The notes: a model not told the origin generated them from the sequence alone. A stretch of DNA of 64,000 nt from Candidatus Latescibacterota bacterium (GCA_965248265.1 CBDFJF010000001.1:192001-256000), one strand, 5' to 3'; counted from the stretch's first letter, positions 1 to 10,300 are shown. A program made the numbers and translations.

Positions 1-2107
1 CCACGTGCTTCTGAAAGTCGAGCATATCGGGAGGAGTCCCGACGTAGGCATAGCGCACGATTCCTTGCTTGTCGATCACAAAGCTCGTCGGTATGGCCGT
101 CACATTGCCGTAGTCCTTCTGTACTCGATCGTCTCCCATCAGTAACGGGAAATTCAGTTCTTCCTTCTCCGCGTAAGACCGGACTTTCTCAGCCGTGTCG
201 TTGATCGCAATGCCAATGACGCTGAATCCGTCGTCCTCATATTGATTCTGGAGCGCGAAAAAGGTCGGCATTTCCTCCCGACAAGGGCCACACCACGTAG
301 CCCAGAAATCGACAATCAGGACGTGTCCCTCGAAATCGGCGAGTTTGACTTCCTTGCCGTCGATATCCTTCAGGACAAAATCAGGTGTTGGTTGGCCGAC
401 AAACTCCGCTTTGTCCTTGCTCCTCCCTGGAGGCCCGAACTCATCGACCAGTTTTGACCCTTCAGGCAGGGCGAAGGTGAAGGTGTCCTCGGGAAAGGCC
501 GGATCGATCTCGATGGCACTGTGACGCTCGGTGACGACCATTTTCTTGGGCATCCACTGCCGTTGCTCCTCCGGCATCTCCTTGGCCATCTGTGCCATAT
601 CTACCTCAAAAGCCACCTGGCGGATCAGGTGATCTTTCTTGCCAATCCAGAGCCGTAGGTTGATCGGCTCATCCATCCCTCCCCTCAACGGGATGTGTGC
701 TCCTTCCAGCGAACTCACTGGCACTGTCAGCTCGAAGACAGTAACGTTTGTGCCGTCCAGCTTCTCACGACCTACCTTCTTTACCCCCTCGGCGTCTTCC
801 ATCAGCTCTTTGAGCGGGTCGTCGCTCATCAAGATGGGAAATAAGTAGATACCTCCACCGAAACCACCCATTCGACTGCGTAAATCAGCGGCTGTGGCTT
901 TCTCGGGCGCTTTCTTCTGAGTGTACTGCTTCTGTCCTTCCATCCACCTCACGTCGAGGTAGGTGGTCAACATTAGCCCATCGCTGACCATAGCGGTCTC
1001 ATGCCCATGGCCCTTGGTGTCAAGTCGGAACCGATTGGGACGCTCGAAGGCGAACCACGTCGGTGTGGTCCTTTTCGTTTCCTCACCAGGCCGCTCCTGA
1101 TAGATCTCCATAGTCGTGCTGTCGCGGTAGCCTCGAAGGGATTGGTATCTCGCGGCAGCCATCGCCAGCTCCTCGGGCGGTTTGATCGGAGTCGCGGCAA
1201 AATCGATAACCATCTGTTCGCCAGCGTTGAATCTGGAGACCAACTCGGACTGAAGTCGGTCCAGCGCTGGCCACAAAACCCCAGCAAGGGTCCCTAAGTC
1301 AGCATAGCTTTCCAGCAGACCCTCTGGCAACGTCGGTCCCACAGCCACCTCCAGGCCTTCGTAATCCTGCACGAAAGCTAGATCGCCTAAGCGATCTGGA
1401 CGCCCTCCAGGCGTCCAGGTAATCCAATTGCCGTCTTCCGTACCATCCGCATCGTTTACCACGACATTGAACCCAATAGTCTTTCCCGCCTGGATCTGGA
1501 GGCGTTTCGAGGGAAAGTGTTCGAAAAGCGGGATGGACCACTCGTAGATCAGGCTCTCTCCCAGGCGCACAAAGGCGGCCTGCACTCCTGAGAGCTTCGT
1601 ATCCCCTCCACCAGACAAAGCGGGATTCCCATCCACCAGTGGCTTGAATCGACTTGGTCCGGGGACCATGACGTACTTCTGTGCGTCCTTCTCTCCTCCA
1701 CTTTGGAGGTCTCCCGGCCTGGGGCCGCTGTGGTCGGCATCCACGTAGATCTCACACAGGTCCTGGGTCACCACATTAGGTGCCTCTGGATGCACCACCA
1801 GATCCTCGTCCCGGACCACGATAGCCAAGTAGAGAGAATTGACCTCCAAGTCATAGCCGACGAAAAAGCCTGCCGTCAGATCCTCGGGTCCATCTGGCGG
1901 TGTGGATTTGTATGCCGAGGACACCCACTCAATGGGATACGAGGCCATGTGATCAGGCCAGTCGTCTAGCTTACCGTCGATGGTGATGCCCGGCAGGGGA
2001 ATGGCGTAGGCGGTCCTCTTGTTGTGGGCGTGAGAGGGGCCGTGTATGCCCGTCAGGAGGGCTATTGCAGCACAGATGGACGGATAGGGGATTCGCATAA
2101 ATCGCAT
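1..2107 (-). CDS. Secreted multidomain protein: CBM9/DOMON-like sugar-binding domain + DUF2092/LolA-like domain + TlpA thioredoxin-like domain; 3' end runs off the window (>700 aa)
   Basis: Absent from the ORF track because it runs off the edge. Manual translation from ATG 2107 is open to position 1: signal-like MRFMRIPYPSICAAIALLTG, ITIDGKLDDW...YLAIVVRDED...IGFNVVVNDADG (CBM9-like), FAFERPNRFRLD...MVSDG (LolA/DUF2092-like), DFWATWCGPCREEMP and AIPTSFVIDKQG (TlpA). Confidence 0.85.
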   Translation of the reverse strand, partial: MRFMRIPYPSICAAIALLTGIHGPSHAHNKRTAYAIPLPGITIDGKLDDWPDHMASYPIEWVSSAYKSTPPDGPEDLTAGFFVGYDLEVNSLYLAIVVRDEDLVVHPEAPNVVTQDLCEIYVDADHSGPRPGDLQSGGEKDAQKYVMVPGPSRFKPLVDGNPALSGGGDTKLSGVQAAFVRLGESLIYEWSIPLFEHFPSKRLQIQAGKTIGFNVVVNDADGTEDGNWITWTPGGRPDRLGDLAFVQDYEGLEVAVGPTLPEGLLESYADLGTLAGVLWPALDRLQSELVSRFNAGEQMVIDFAATPIKPPEELAMAAARYQSLRGYRDSTTMEIYQERPGEETKRTTPTWFAFERPNRFRLDTKGHGHETAMVSDGLMLTTYLDVRWMEGQKQYTQKKAPEKATAADLRSRMGGFGGGIYLFPILMSDDPLKELMEDAEGVKKVGREKLDGTNVTVFELTVPVSSLEGAHIPLRGGMDEPINLRLWIGKKDHLIRQVAFEVDMAQMAKEMPEEQRQWMPKKMVVTERHSAIEIDPAFPEDTFTFALPEGSKLVDEFGPPGRSKDKAEFVGQPTPDFVLKDIDGKEVKLADFEGHVLIVDFWATWCGPCREEMPTFFALQNQYEDDGFSVIGIAINDTAEKVRSYAEKEELNFPLLMGDDRVQKDYGNVTAIPTSFVIDKQGIVRYAYVGTPPDMLDFQKHV

Positions 2108-2132
2108 CGGTGTCAGCTCAGAGTTGGCCGAT

Positions 2133-2161
2133 AGGGTACGGAGATTCGGAGGGTGGACCAA
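2133..2161 (-). promoter_or_regulatory. Putative sigma70 promoter of the left islet terminal module
   Basis: Minus strand TTGGTC-N17-TACCCT, about 25 nt upstream of ATG 2107; conserved in the second copy at 11212-11240. Confidence 0.6.
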
Positions 2162-2307
2162 GCGGGGGACAGCTTAACTCATTATAGTGGCCGTCAGACG
2201 GGCTCTGAGGCTATCTGACGTCAGTGCAGACGTGCAGATACTTGGATTAGGGTCCCCCCACTTTCACGAATCCGCAAGAAGGGGTGCCGGGTCTGGGGGG
2301 GCGAGGT
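2133..2307. repeat. Islet terminal module, copy A
   Basis: Identical blocks shared with 11212-11433 in the same order: gggctctgaggctatctg, gtgcagatacttggattaggg, ccccactttcacg, aaggggtgccgggYctgggggg. Confidence 0.9.
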
Positions 2308-2439
2308 GGCTGGTGGAGGGGCACCCAGTGGCCAGGCGTGCTCCGAAACGCTGCCGAAGGTACAGAGGAGGTAGAAAACGACGGCCAGCCAAACGGAGAG
2401 CTCTAACTAACTCCCTGTATTTTCAGGGATTAGATCCTC

Positions 2440-2472
2440 ACTCACCGCACTCGGACACCAGAACTTCTCGAT
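2440..2472. repeat. att-like core repeat, distal copy (duplicate of isochorismatase 3' coding sequence)
   Basis: actcaccgcactcggacaccagaacttctcgat is identical to 11572-11604 and encodes IEKFWCPSAVS on the minus strand. Confidence 0.95.
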
Positions 2473-2723
2473 CTGCGCAGGGGATATGAACCGGTATGAA
2501 CTGGCCGGAACCACCAGAGGTGGACCTGCAACCCGACGATAAAGCCGCCAACGAAGAAGCTGACGATGTGCAGCAGTCCCTGTGAGAGGAATTGCAGGCT
2601 GATCGACATGTAGCGGCTAATCAGCACGTCGCCAATGAGTCCCCCCAGCAGTAACTCAACGGCGATGAATATCCCCATGCTGGCGAACATCCAGACCTTC
2701 GAGAAAGGCCGCGAATCGTTCAC
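2442..2723 (-). pseudogene. Small membrane protein, probably 3'-truncated at the islet boundary
   Basis: RBS GAAGGAG before GTG 2723; two hydrophobic helices to ...VGGFIVG, then a non-hydrophobic tail reading through the terminal repeats into the att core. Confidence 0.5.
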
Positions 2724-2818
2724 TCTGTCTCCTTCTTCCACGCGTGGCAACTTAGCGGCTCCACACAAGAGCCAGACAGGCGTCCAGCGGGGCATCGCTT
2801 CACTACCCTGTGTGTGGA

Positions 2819-3232
2819 TCAATATCCCCCAGTACTCGTTCCCGAAGTCCGGGTCGTGGCGACTGGTCGGCGCGTAATTGACAACGTCCCTTCCATGCCC
2901 TGTGCCCGATGGCCGGGAACGGCGCAGTAGAAGATATAGGTCCCTTCCGAGACGCCGCTCAATTGCGCGCTGGTCGTGTCACCTGCTGGTATATCCACAT
3001 TGACGTTGAGAGCATCGATAGTGAGCGTATGGCCCATATCCGCGCTACTCAATCGTATGGTGACCTCGTCTCCCGGATCAAAGGCAATCCCTCCCGGATT
3101 GAACTGGAACGTACTGGCGGTCATCTCAATGACGCCGTTCGATGGACGGGTTGGCCCGCCGCTATCATCTTCACAGGATGTGAGAAGGCAAGAGGTGAGG
3201 GCGGCGATGAAAACACCTGCGATAGTTTTCAT
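2819..3232 (-). CDS. Cupredoxin (blue copper) lipoprotein
   Basis: Lipobox LTSC; type-1 Cu ligands GHTL...YCAVPGHRAQGM. Confidence 0.85.
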   Translation of the reverse strand: MKTIAGVFIAALTSCLLTSCEDDSGGPTRPSNGVIEMTASTFQFNPGGIAFDPGDEVTIRLSSADMGHTLTIDALNVNVDIPAGDTTSAQLSGVSEGTYIFYCAVPGHRAQGMEGTLSITRRPVATTRTSGTSTGGY

Positions 3233-3404
3233 AATTCCGGATTCTTCACTTTTGTCAAATAGCCACAATCAGAAGGAACCGTGTCACGATCATTCCTCCT
3301 GTGCAGTGATGCTAAGTGGGGGCAGGCGAGAGTTTGATGTGGCGAGGGATGGGCGTCAAGCGTATGTCCGGATAACGAAGGAAGTGCAGAATGGTTGTCC
3401 GAAT

Positions 3405-4298
3405 CTACGGCCTGCTACCGTACTTTAACTCACCCCAACCCCTTGGTGTGACAGCCGTTGGCGCGTCACCCATACGCAACACACGAACACCAACGAAACC
3501 ACTTTCGCCGCGTGGGGAGCCGCCAGCCCGAAACGCCGAGCGAGTGCTTCGGCCTGCATTGCGGAAGTATCCGCCCCGAAAGACACGGACATTGGAGTCT
3601 GTTTTTGGCGTTAACGGGTCAATCTGGGGGTCATTCGTGTACATTCCAAACCCGTCCTGTACCCACTCGAACACATTCCCGTGCATATCATAAAGACCCC
3701 ATGGATTCGGTAACTTCGAACCCACCGGCTGGCCATACTGCAAACCTATGTCCCAAGCGTTCTTTCCATACCATGCGTAGTCTTCTAACTGGCTCTCATC
3801 ATCGCCGAAGGACCACAGGGTGGTAGTTCCGGCTCGACACGCATATTCCCATTCTGCCTCTGTCGGCAATCGATACAGTTCCTCGCCCTCCATTTCGTTC
3901 AAACGGCTGAAGAGTATCAAGGCAACGTTATACGAAATGTAAACCGCAGGGTGGTCCGGGTTGGACTGCACGAAGTCCTGGCCTGACCACGGAGTCCTAC
4001 CCATCACCGCCTCCCACTGTCCCTGGGTGATCTCAAACTTCCCCAGATAAAAACCCTGACTGATCGTCACGCTGTGTGCGGGTTGATCCTCTTGGAACTC
4101 GCCGTCCAACACTTCATCTCCCAGTGGGCCAGAGCGGTAAGCTTGCGCCTGTTCTTCAGTCGTTCCCATGACGAATGTGCCTGGCTCAATCCACACCATC
4201 TCCATCGTCGCGCCGCCAGGTAAGTCCACGGTGATCTCCGTGTTTGCGCTTACGCTCGTCACCGAAAGCATGAGAATGCATGTTAGCTTTTTCATCAT
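3405..4298 (-). CDS. Formylglycine-generating enzyme (SUMF1/FGE-sulfatase) domain secreted protein
   Basis: Motifs MVWIEPGTFVMG, YRLPTEAEWEYACRAG, PNPWGLYDMHGNVFEW, RVFRGG; signal peptide MMKKLTCIL; C-terminal TAVTPRGWGELK. Confidence 0.9.
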   Translation of the reverse strand: MMKKLTCILMLSVTSVSANTEITVDLPGGATMEMVWIEPGTFVMGTTEEQAQAYRSGPLGDEVLDGEFQEDQPAHSVTISQGFYLGKFEITQGQWEAVMGRTPWSGQDFVQSNPDHPAVYISYNVALILFSRLNEMEGEELYRLPTEAEWEYACRAGTTTLWSFGDDESQLEDYAWYGKNAWDIGLQYGQPVGSKLPNPWGLYDMHGNVFEWVQDGFGMYTNDPQIDPLTPKTDSNVRVFRGGYFRNAGRSTRSAFRAGGSPRGESGFVGVRVLRMGDAPTAVTPRGWGELKYGSRP

Positions 4299-4446
4299 GG
4301 TCCCTTCACCTTCGCATGATCCAACGCCCACTCCAGTACGCCATCGTCGGAACACGGCTCGACGTACTGCTGCAACCTGCCCAGCAGATCTGTCATCGTG
4401 ACTGATTGAATCCAAGGTTACCATCCAGCGCCACCCTTATGTCGTG

Positions 4447-4716
4447 CTACTCCGACTCGATCCGGTCTGGACTCTGGACGAACCAATCCACGTGGCCGCA
4501 ATTCGCACAGATCAAGGTCGTGGCGGATTTGTTCGCCCAGTCCAAGTTCAAGAGCGTCAAACCGGCCGTATTGAGCTGTGCCGATCCCTGCTCGAACTCT
4601 TCGAGCCCGCAGTGAGAGCAGGTGATGAGCTTGTCCTTGAGAGTAAATCGACCGGGAGCGAACGAGGTCGCTGCGGCCTGTACGCCCCTTCTCAAAGCTG
4701 TCAGAAGCTTCGCCAT
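4447..4716 (-). CDS. Zinc-ribbon protein
   Basis: CSHCG...CANCG pairs; RBS GGAGGAG upstream. Confidence 0.75.
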   Translation of the reverse strand: MAKLLTALRRGVQAAATSFAPGRFTLKDKLITCSHCGLEEFEQGSAQLNTAGLTLLNLDWANKSATTLICANCGHVDWFVQSPDRIESE

Positions 4717-4826
4717 GGTCTCCTCCAGATTGCGATTCCGATGTGGGGATTCGGGAAGATGTGTACGCAGCCTGCCATTGTGATCACGAGTGTAGTCGGT
4801 GGGAGTGAAGGGTCAAGAGTGGCGCA

Positions 4827-6281
4827 CTATCTCAGCAGCAGGAGCTTCCGCGTTTCCACTCGCTCGCCAGCTTGTAATCGATACAGATACACGCCACTGG
4901 CTAGCTCACGCTCGTTATCATCTCGACCGTTCCATCGAAGGGTATACGTCCCCGCACTTCGATAACCGCGCAGCAGACTCGCCACCTTCTGTCCTGCGAG
5001 GTTGTATAAGGATAGATCAACCTCGTCGGCGGTAGGCAGGGCGAAGCGAATGACGGTGTTGCTATTGAAGGGATTGGGGTAGTTCTGCCGTAGCGCAATC
5101 TGGTGCGGCAGTGTCGGCGCTGGTTCTTCTTCCACGGCAGTCGGCAACGGGAGTGCTGGGTCATGCGCCGCGAGCATGGCTTCGCGGTATTCGACCGGGA
5201 GAAGCGGCCATTCGTCGGGACCGGGTCGCCTCCAGAGATTCACGTTCTGACTGTAGACCCAGACATATTCGTCGGTGTGCTCGAGGGCGCCTCGCAACGC
5301 CGTGGTCAACTCGGTAGGTGAGTAGTAGTTGCTGTTGAAATTCTCGGTGGAGAAGCCGCTGGAGCTGCTGCCGATGAATATGGGGAACGCGATCCGGGCG
5401 TGGCGGTCGAACTTCTCCGGCACCCTGCTGTGAGCTCGGACTTCGGTCTTGAATTCCATCGCCACCTCCTCGAACTGGGCGGCCGTCTTGAACTTGTAGG
5501 CTTTCTCCGCGCCATCGATGATCATGGCCTCGCCAGAGCATTCCGACAGCAGCCCGTCGAAGAACGGGCGCGTGAGATCGAAGTGGTCGCGCGACGCCCC
5601 AAAGTTCGAGTGCACCGGCCCGAGAAGGGTGATTATCCTGATGTCCGGGTAGACGGAGCTGACGGCCCGCATGATCTCGGCACCGCGCTCGAATACCTTG
5701 TCGTAGTATGCCTCGATCGTCCTGGGAGCGAGGTGGTTAACGCGTTGGGAGTCCCACAGGTTCGTGGCATTGTAGGCCTCGTTGTCGAACAAGAAACCCA
5801 CCATGCCGGCGCGTTTGCAGTACTCGGCGGCCACCTTCCAGTTGCTCACGACGGCGTCGAACTCAGAATCGAACCAGTTCGGCACCTTCAAGCCCGCTAT
5901 GCCGGGGTCGAGGTAGACGAGAAGGAAATTCTCCATATACAAATTCGTATCAGCCGACCGCATGAGCTCAATGCCGGTATCGAGATCCACGAGGCGGTGG
6001 AAATCTTTCCGGAACAAACGGCCAACTGCCTCGGTGCGGAGGCCGTCCTTTTCGGTAATCGGGTAGATCGTAACGCCGTCGACGACTGGCATGACTCTTT
6101 CCATCTCACGCACATCGTCGAAGAACATGCGGGCAGTGGGTCTGCCGCTGAAGGAGATGACTTTCTTGCCGGTGTGAGCGGGCTGACTCCATCCCGGAAT
6201 CGCGAACACCAGGATCAGGCCCAGGACCAGCAGCGAGCTGACGCAGCACAAGGTGCAATACCATTGGATGAATCGGTTCAT
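4827..6281 (-). CDS. Secreted protein with a possible glycoside-hydrolase-like domain and a C-terminal FlgD-Ig/secretion-sorting domain
   Basis: Signal peptide; GFLFDNEAY and IIDGAE motifs; C-terminal LRQNYPNPFNSNTVIRF...WNGRDD...LASGVYLYRL. Confidence 0.8.
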   Translation of the reverse strand: MNRFIQWYCTLCCVSSLLVLGLILVFAIPGWSQPAHTGKKVISFSGRPTARMFFDDVREMERVMPVVDGVTIYPITEKDGLRTEAVGRLFRKDFHRLVDLDTGIELMRSADTNLYMENFLLVYLDPGIAGLKVPNWFDSEFDAVVSNWKVAAEYCKRAGMVGFLFDNEAYNATNLWDSQRVNHLAPRTIEAYYDKVFERGAEIMRAVSSVYPDIRIITLLGPVHSNFGASRDHFDLTRPFFDGLLSECSGEAMIIDGAEKAYKFKTAAQFEEVAMEFKTEVRAHSRVPEKFDRHARIAFPIFIGSSSSGFSTENFNSNYYSPTELTTALRGALEHTDEYVWVYSQNVNLWRRPGPDEWPLLPVEYREAMLAAHDPALPLPTAVEEEPAPTLPHQIALRQNYPNPFNSNTVIRFALPTADEVDLSLYNLAGQKVASLLRGYRSAGTYTLRWNGRDDNERELASGVYLYRLQAGERVETRKLLLLR

Positions 6282-6443
6282 ATGATGGTCCCCTTTGGTG
6301 GCTGTAGGATACACTTTTGCAAGAGACGTGCCAAGAAGGGCGACAGGAGAGTCAGGCGGTGCTAACTCATTGTTGCTGTGGGGATTGAGGTTAGCAGACT
6401 GTTTCCCGGACACATCGAGGCCGTGAGTCCGGTTTTCTGGACG

Positions 6444-6608
6444 GATTTCGTGGGTAGAATAGTTACGGGCTTCTCCTTCTCTACTCTCTCCCTCTCTCTG
6501 ACTTTTCTACCCCTCAAAAGGGATGTGAGGTGATTTCATGGGTAGAGTTGTTACCGTTGGTATGTCTCTTTCTTTCTCTCATTCTCTCTAACATTTCTAC
6601 CCTTCAAA
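6444..6608. repeat. Two ~76-bp tandem units (88-bp period), each GGGTAGA...pyrimidine tract...TTCTACCC; origin-like
   Basis: Unit 1 6444-6518 and unit 2 6532-6608 share gatttcRtgggtaga..gttac and ctctctRac.tttctaccc.tcaaa. Confidence 0.75.
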
Positions 6609-6832
6609 TCGAATGGCATGCGACTGAAGGTGCTCCCCCATCAGTGTCGATGTCGATCAAATGTTCTGTGAGGCCACGAAGTTGCCCACATTCGTCGATC
6701 GGTATGTAGGTGGCGTAACAGGTACCCGCAGACATTATAGAGCGTCAGAACGCCTGTAGAACGCCTCAGCGCCATCTTCATCAACATCTACGGACAATTC
6801 GACCCGGATCTATACACACTGCCGATGTTGCC

Positions 6833-7117
6833 TTACTGCAAGTCAGGCTTCCGAGATAGCGTTGAATGGTTCATAAGCCAGTAGCAAAGGACGCCCAGAC
6901 CGGGAACCGAAAATGCGAGTAGCGACCATATCCACGGACCAAAATCCATAGCCAGGGACGGTAGCTGATGGGCATTCTTTTGCACCGAGATACCAATCGC
7001 TATTTGAACAACGACTAAACACACGACGGCCAGAATGAACGGGGCGTAGATGACGATGAAAACAAATGGTACAAGAGCCATTTCCATGTGATCAATCTCC
7101 TCTGACGTTGCTACCAA
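6833..7117 (-). CDS. Small membrane protein of unknown function
   Basis: Two to three hydrophobic segments ending GPWIW...YWLMNHSTL; RBS AGGAG before an internal ATG suggests a slightly shorter start. Confidence 0.6.
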   Translation of the reverse strand: MVATSEEIDHMEMALVPFVFIVIYAPFILAVVCLVVVQIAIGISVQKNAHQLPSLAMDFGPWIWSLLAFSVPGLGVLCYWLMNHSTLSRKPDLQ

Positions 7118-7147
7118 TCATCGTAAGTTGCTTTTCATATGCGTGGG

Positions 7148-7259
7148 ACTGACACACTGACACAGTCCGACACAGAATTGGGGTAGGTTGCTATAGTGGG
7201 GATTTGCTGTATTGCAGAGCTTACCCTACAACCGTGTCGGGGTACGTCAGTGTGTCAGT
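7148..7259. repeat. Nested inverted repeat with GACAC iterons; origin-like
   Basis: actgacacactgac (7148-7161) and gtcagtgtgtcagt (7246-7259) form a perfect 14-bp IR; inner ccgacac/gtgtcgg and gggtag/ttaccc. Confidence 0.75.
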
Positions 7260-7353
7260 TGAAGCAGCATTCACGCGTTTACCCGCACTGCCAAACCGGT
7301 AACGTCGTCGCCCTGCGGAGCCGATCCCAGAGAAGGTCGAAACATGACTCGCT

Positions 7354-10300
7354 TCATCGCGCCGCCAGCTTTAGTTGTGACTCCTCCAGCCTCCGAACGA
7401 CAGCGGTCAGTGCGTCCAACTGCAGTCGCAACTCATCGTTACTCCGAGCCAACGTTTCCTTTTCGGATCGCAGTTCCGACAACTCAGCCTCCACCTGAGT
7501 CAATTCGGCACTACCAGACGCGGCCTTCTCGTGCTGTTGCTCGATGATCCCTTGCTGTTCCTGAATAGCCTTGACGAGAACAGGGACGAAATCGGAATAG
7601 TAAAGGCCCAGGGTCTGGTCAGGATCGTCGCCGATGTGGACGACCTCGTCGATTACAGTCCGCACCTCCTGGGCGATCAAACCAAGCTTCCTGCCCCGTT
7701 CAGGCCGGTCCTTCCAGGTATAGGAGACAGGGTGCAGACGCATCACTTCGTTGAGCCCATATGGACTGTCCTGGATACTCTCCTTCATCCGGCGATCTGA
7801 CGTGTTCACCGAACCACTAACGGCGAATACGTCCGTCCATCGATTACCCGATGCACCGCAAGAAATTGTGTTGTCAGTGAGCGGCCTGATGTTACCACCG
7901 AAATCGACAATACCAGCACCGAACTGGATGTTATTTCCAGCCGGTTGGATCCAAAGCTTTTTGCTATTCAGCGACTGTATGTAACCACCATTTGCATCAA
8001 CGCCAACGGCTACCTGACTGAGTGCTCCGCCACTCTGTCCGTTAGTCGCCATTATGTGCTGCCCGCTGCCGCCCGGTGTGGCATCTACCTTGGATACCAA
8101 CAGCGGGTGAGATCCGGAAGGACTCGTCGTGCCGATGCTGACGTTGCCACCTGTGGGTTGCAACACTATCTCAGTGCCGCTCTGTGATAGGAGTTCCAAA
8201 TCTCCTGTTGTCCCATCACGTGTTATAGAACCGGATGTTGCGGACGCGAAGAGAAGGGACAGATCCACACCGGCAGACTTCAGCAAAACATTACCAGTCA
8301 CTTCAAGCTTTTCTCCTGGTGCTGTGTTGCCGATGCCGACATCGTTGGCTGACGTGATGCGCATCGCCTCACTGCCACCCGTGTGGAATAGGATGGGAAG
8401 GCTGTTGGATTGAAGATAAAGGGCGGATTCGTCAACAGGTGAATAGAGCCATCCCTGCAGGTTCGCATCCTTCATGACCCGAAAACCACTATTGAGACTA
8501 CCCGCGGATTGAGCCGTGACATCGATATAGGTCGTGGCCGCACCTCCATCCACAACCAGTTCCTCTGCCGGACTCGTCGTGCCGATGCCGACGTTGCCGG
8601 CTGCGCTCACGGTCATCCTCGTCGTCGAGCCCGTCTGAAATTGAATGTCACGGGAGCCCGAGTTGTGTCCGATCTGTAGTCCAGTGGCATCAATGTGATC
8701 GACCGTGCTGGCGAAGCTTGCACCTTCGAGCTTCAGCCCAACGGATCCAGAAAGCACATCTCGGGCGTGTACCCGAGTAGTCGGTGCTGTTGTGCCCACG
8801 CCCACGTTGCCAGCATCGTCCACGACAAGCCGATATGTGGCGACACTCGTCTCGGCCTTATCCCGTACCTGGAAGAGCCACCAGGCGTTCTGCAATGCGG
8901 GGATGGCCGAATAGGCATCGGACCAGACTCCACTTTGCCACTTTATGTTTCCGCTCGTTCTGTCGAAATACTCGATCGTCCCATAATTATTAGTACCGTC
9001 ATCATACCGCATTCGCATCGTGAAGAATGGTCCCAGGTCAACGTCTATTGGAGTAATAGGGCTTGTTGTTCCGATTCCGAGCCCCCCATCCTTCCAGTAC
9101 ATATAGGCTTCCGACAGATCACCTTTCCAAAGTGCCAGGTCGTCTATGTTGTTGCTCTGCTGAAACCGGACTTTGCCCGTTCCCCTTGTGAACGTGAGCT
9201 GATCGCCTCCTGTTCCTTCGGCCACGTGGAGTTTTGCCAACGGCGAAGTAGTGCCTATACCCACGTTGCCATTCACCGTCAGTCCCCCAACTCCTGCGAC
9301 ATCGACAGCACCGTTGTCCGCTGTGATGGTGCGGCCAGCTCCCGCTCCACCTTCGTCGTAGGCTTCGTCAAGTGTATTCTGCGTGTCGGTGTCGGTATTG
9401 GTGTCGGTGGCGTTGAAGGTGAGGGTGTTGCCGGAAGGAGCGATGGCCATGTTAGTACCAGCGGCCAGAGTGACTGCGTCAGTAAGGCTGTTCACCGTCA
9501 GAACCACCGCACCTGCGGCAACATCGCCTGCCACTATGGTCGCATTGGCAATCTCAGCCGAGGTGACCGCACCAGGGGCAATCTTGGCAGTTGTGACAGC
9601 GGCGGCGGCCAGTTCCGTGGTCCCAACTCCACCTGCGGCGATATCGAGGGTTACATCGCCCGTGGTGCCGCCATTGGCAAGGCCCGTACCCGCCGTTACG
9701 CCAGTGATGTCACCCCCGGCGGTGGCGGCAATAGTCAGGGTGTTACCGGCCGGGGTGATGTTGATGTTAGATCCCGCGGCCAGAGTGACGGCATCGGTCA
9801 GGGTGTTGAGAGTGGTGACCACTGCGCCACCTGCTATATCGCCAGCGCCGATGGTCGCATCGAGGATCTTCGCACTCGTCACCGCGTCATTGGCCAGATC
9901 GGCTGTAGCAATGGTGGCGTCCAGGATTTCATCGGTGGCCACAGCGCCTGTGGCAATGTCAGTGGCGACAATGGTTGCGTCGGCGATCTTTGCACTCGTT
10001 ACCGCATCGGGGGCCAGATCAGCCTCCGCAACTGCACCGTCGATGATCTTGGCACCTGTGATCGAGTTGTCTGCTATGTCGCCAGTGCCCACCTCATTTC
10101 CACCGGTGGTCGAGATCGTGATGTTCTGGCCGACTTGAACGATGTCGATGTTGGCACCCTCAAGCAGGGTTACGTCGTTGGTGGCCGAGTTGAGACTCAA
10201 TACCGCCGTGTCCGTGGCCAACTTGGCTGCCGTCACCGAGGCGTCCTGGATCTTGGCAGTCGTTACTGCATCGGCCGCGATCTCTGCCTCGCTCACGGCA

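Noticed and set aside
3405-3600. FGE-domain C-terminus as a diversity-generating retroelement variable region
   Set aside because: The fold is a known DGR target type, but no template repeat differing at adenines and no reverse transcriptase were seen in this window.
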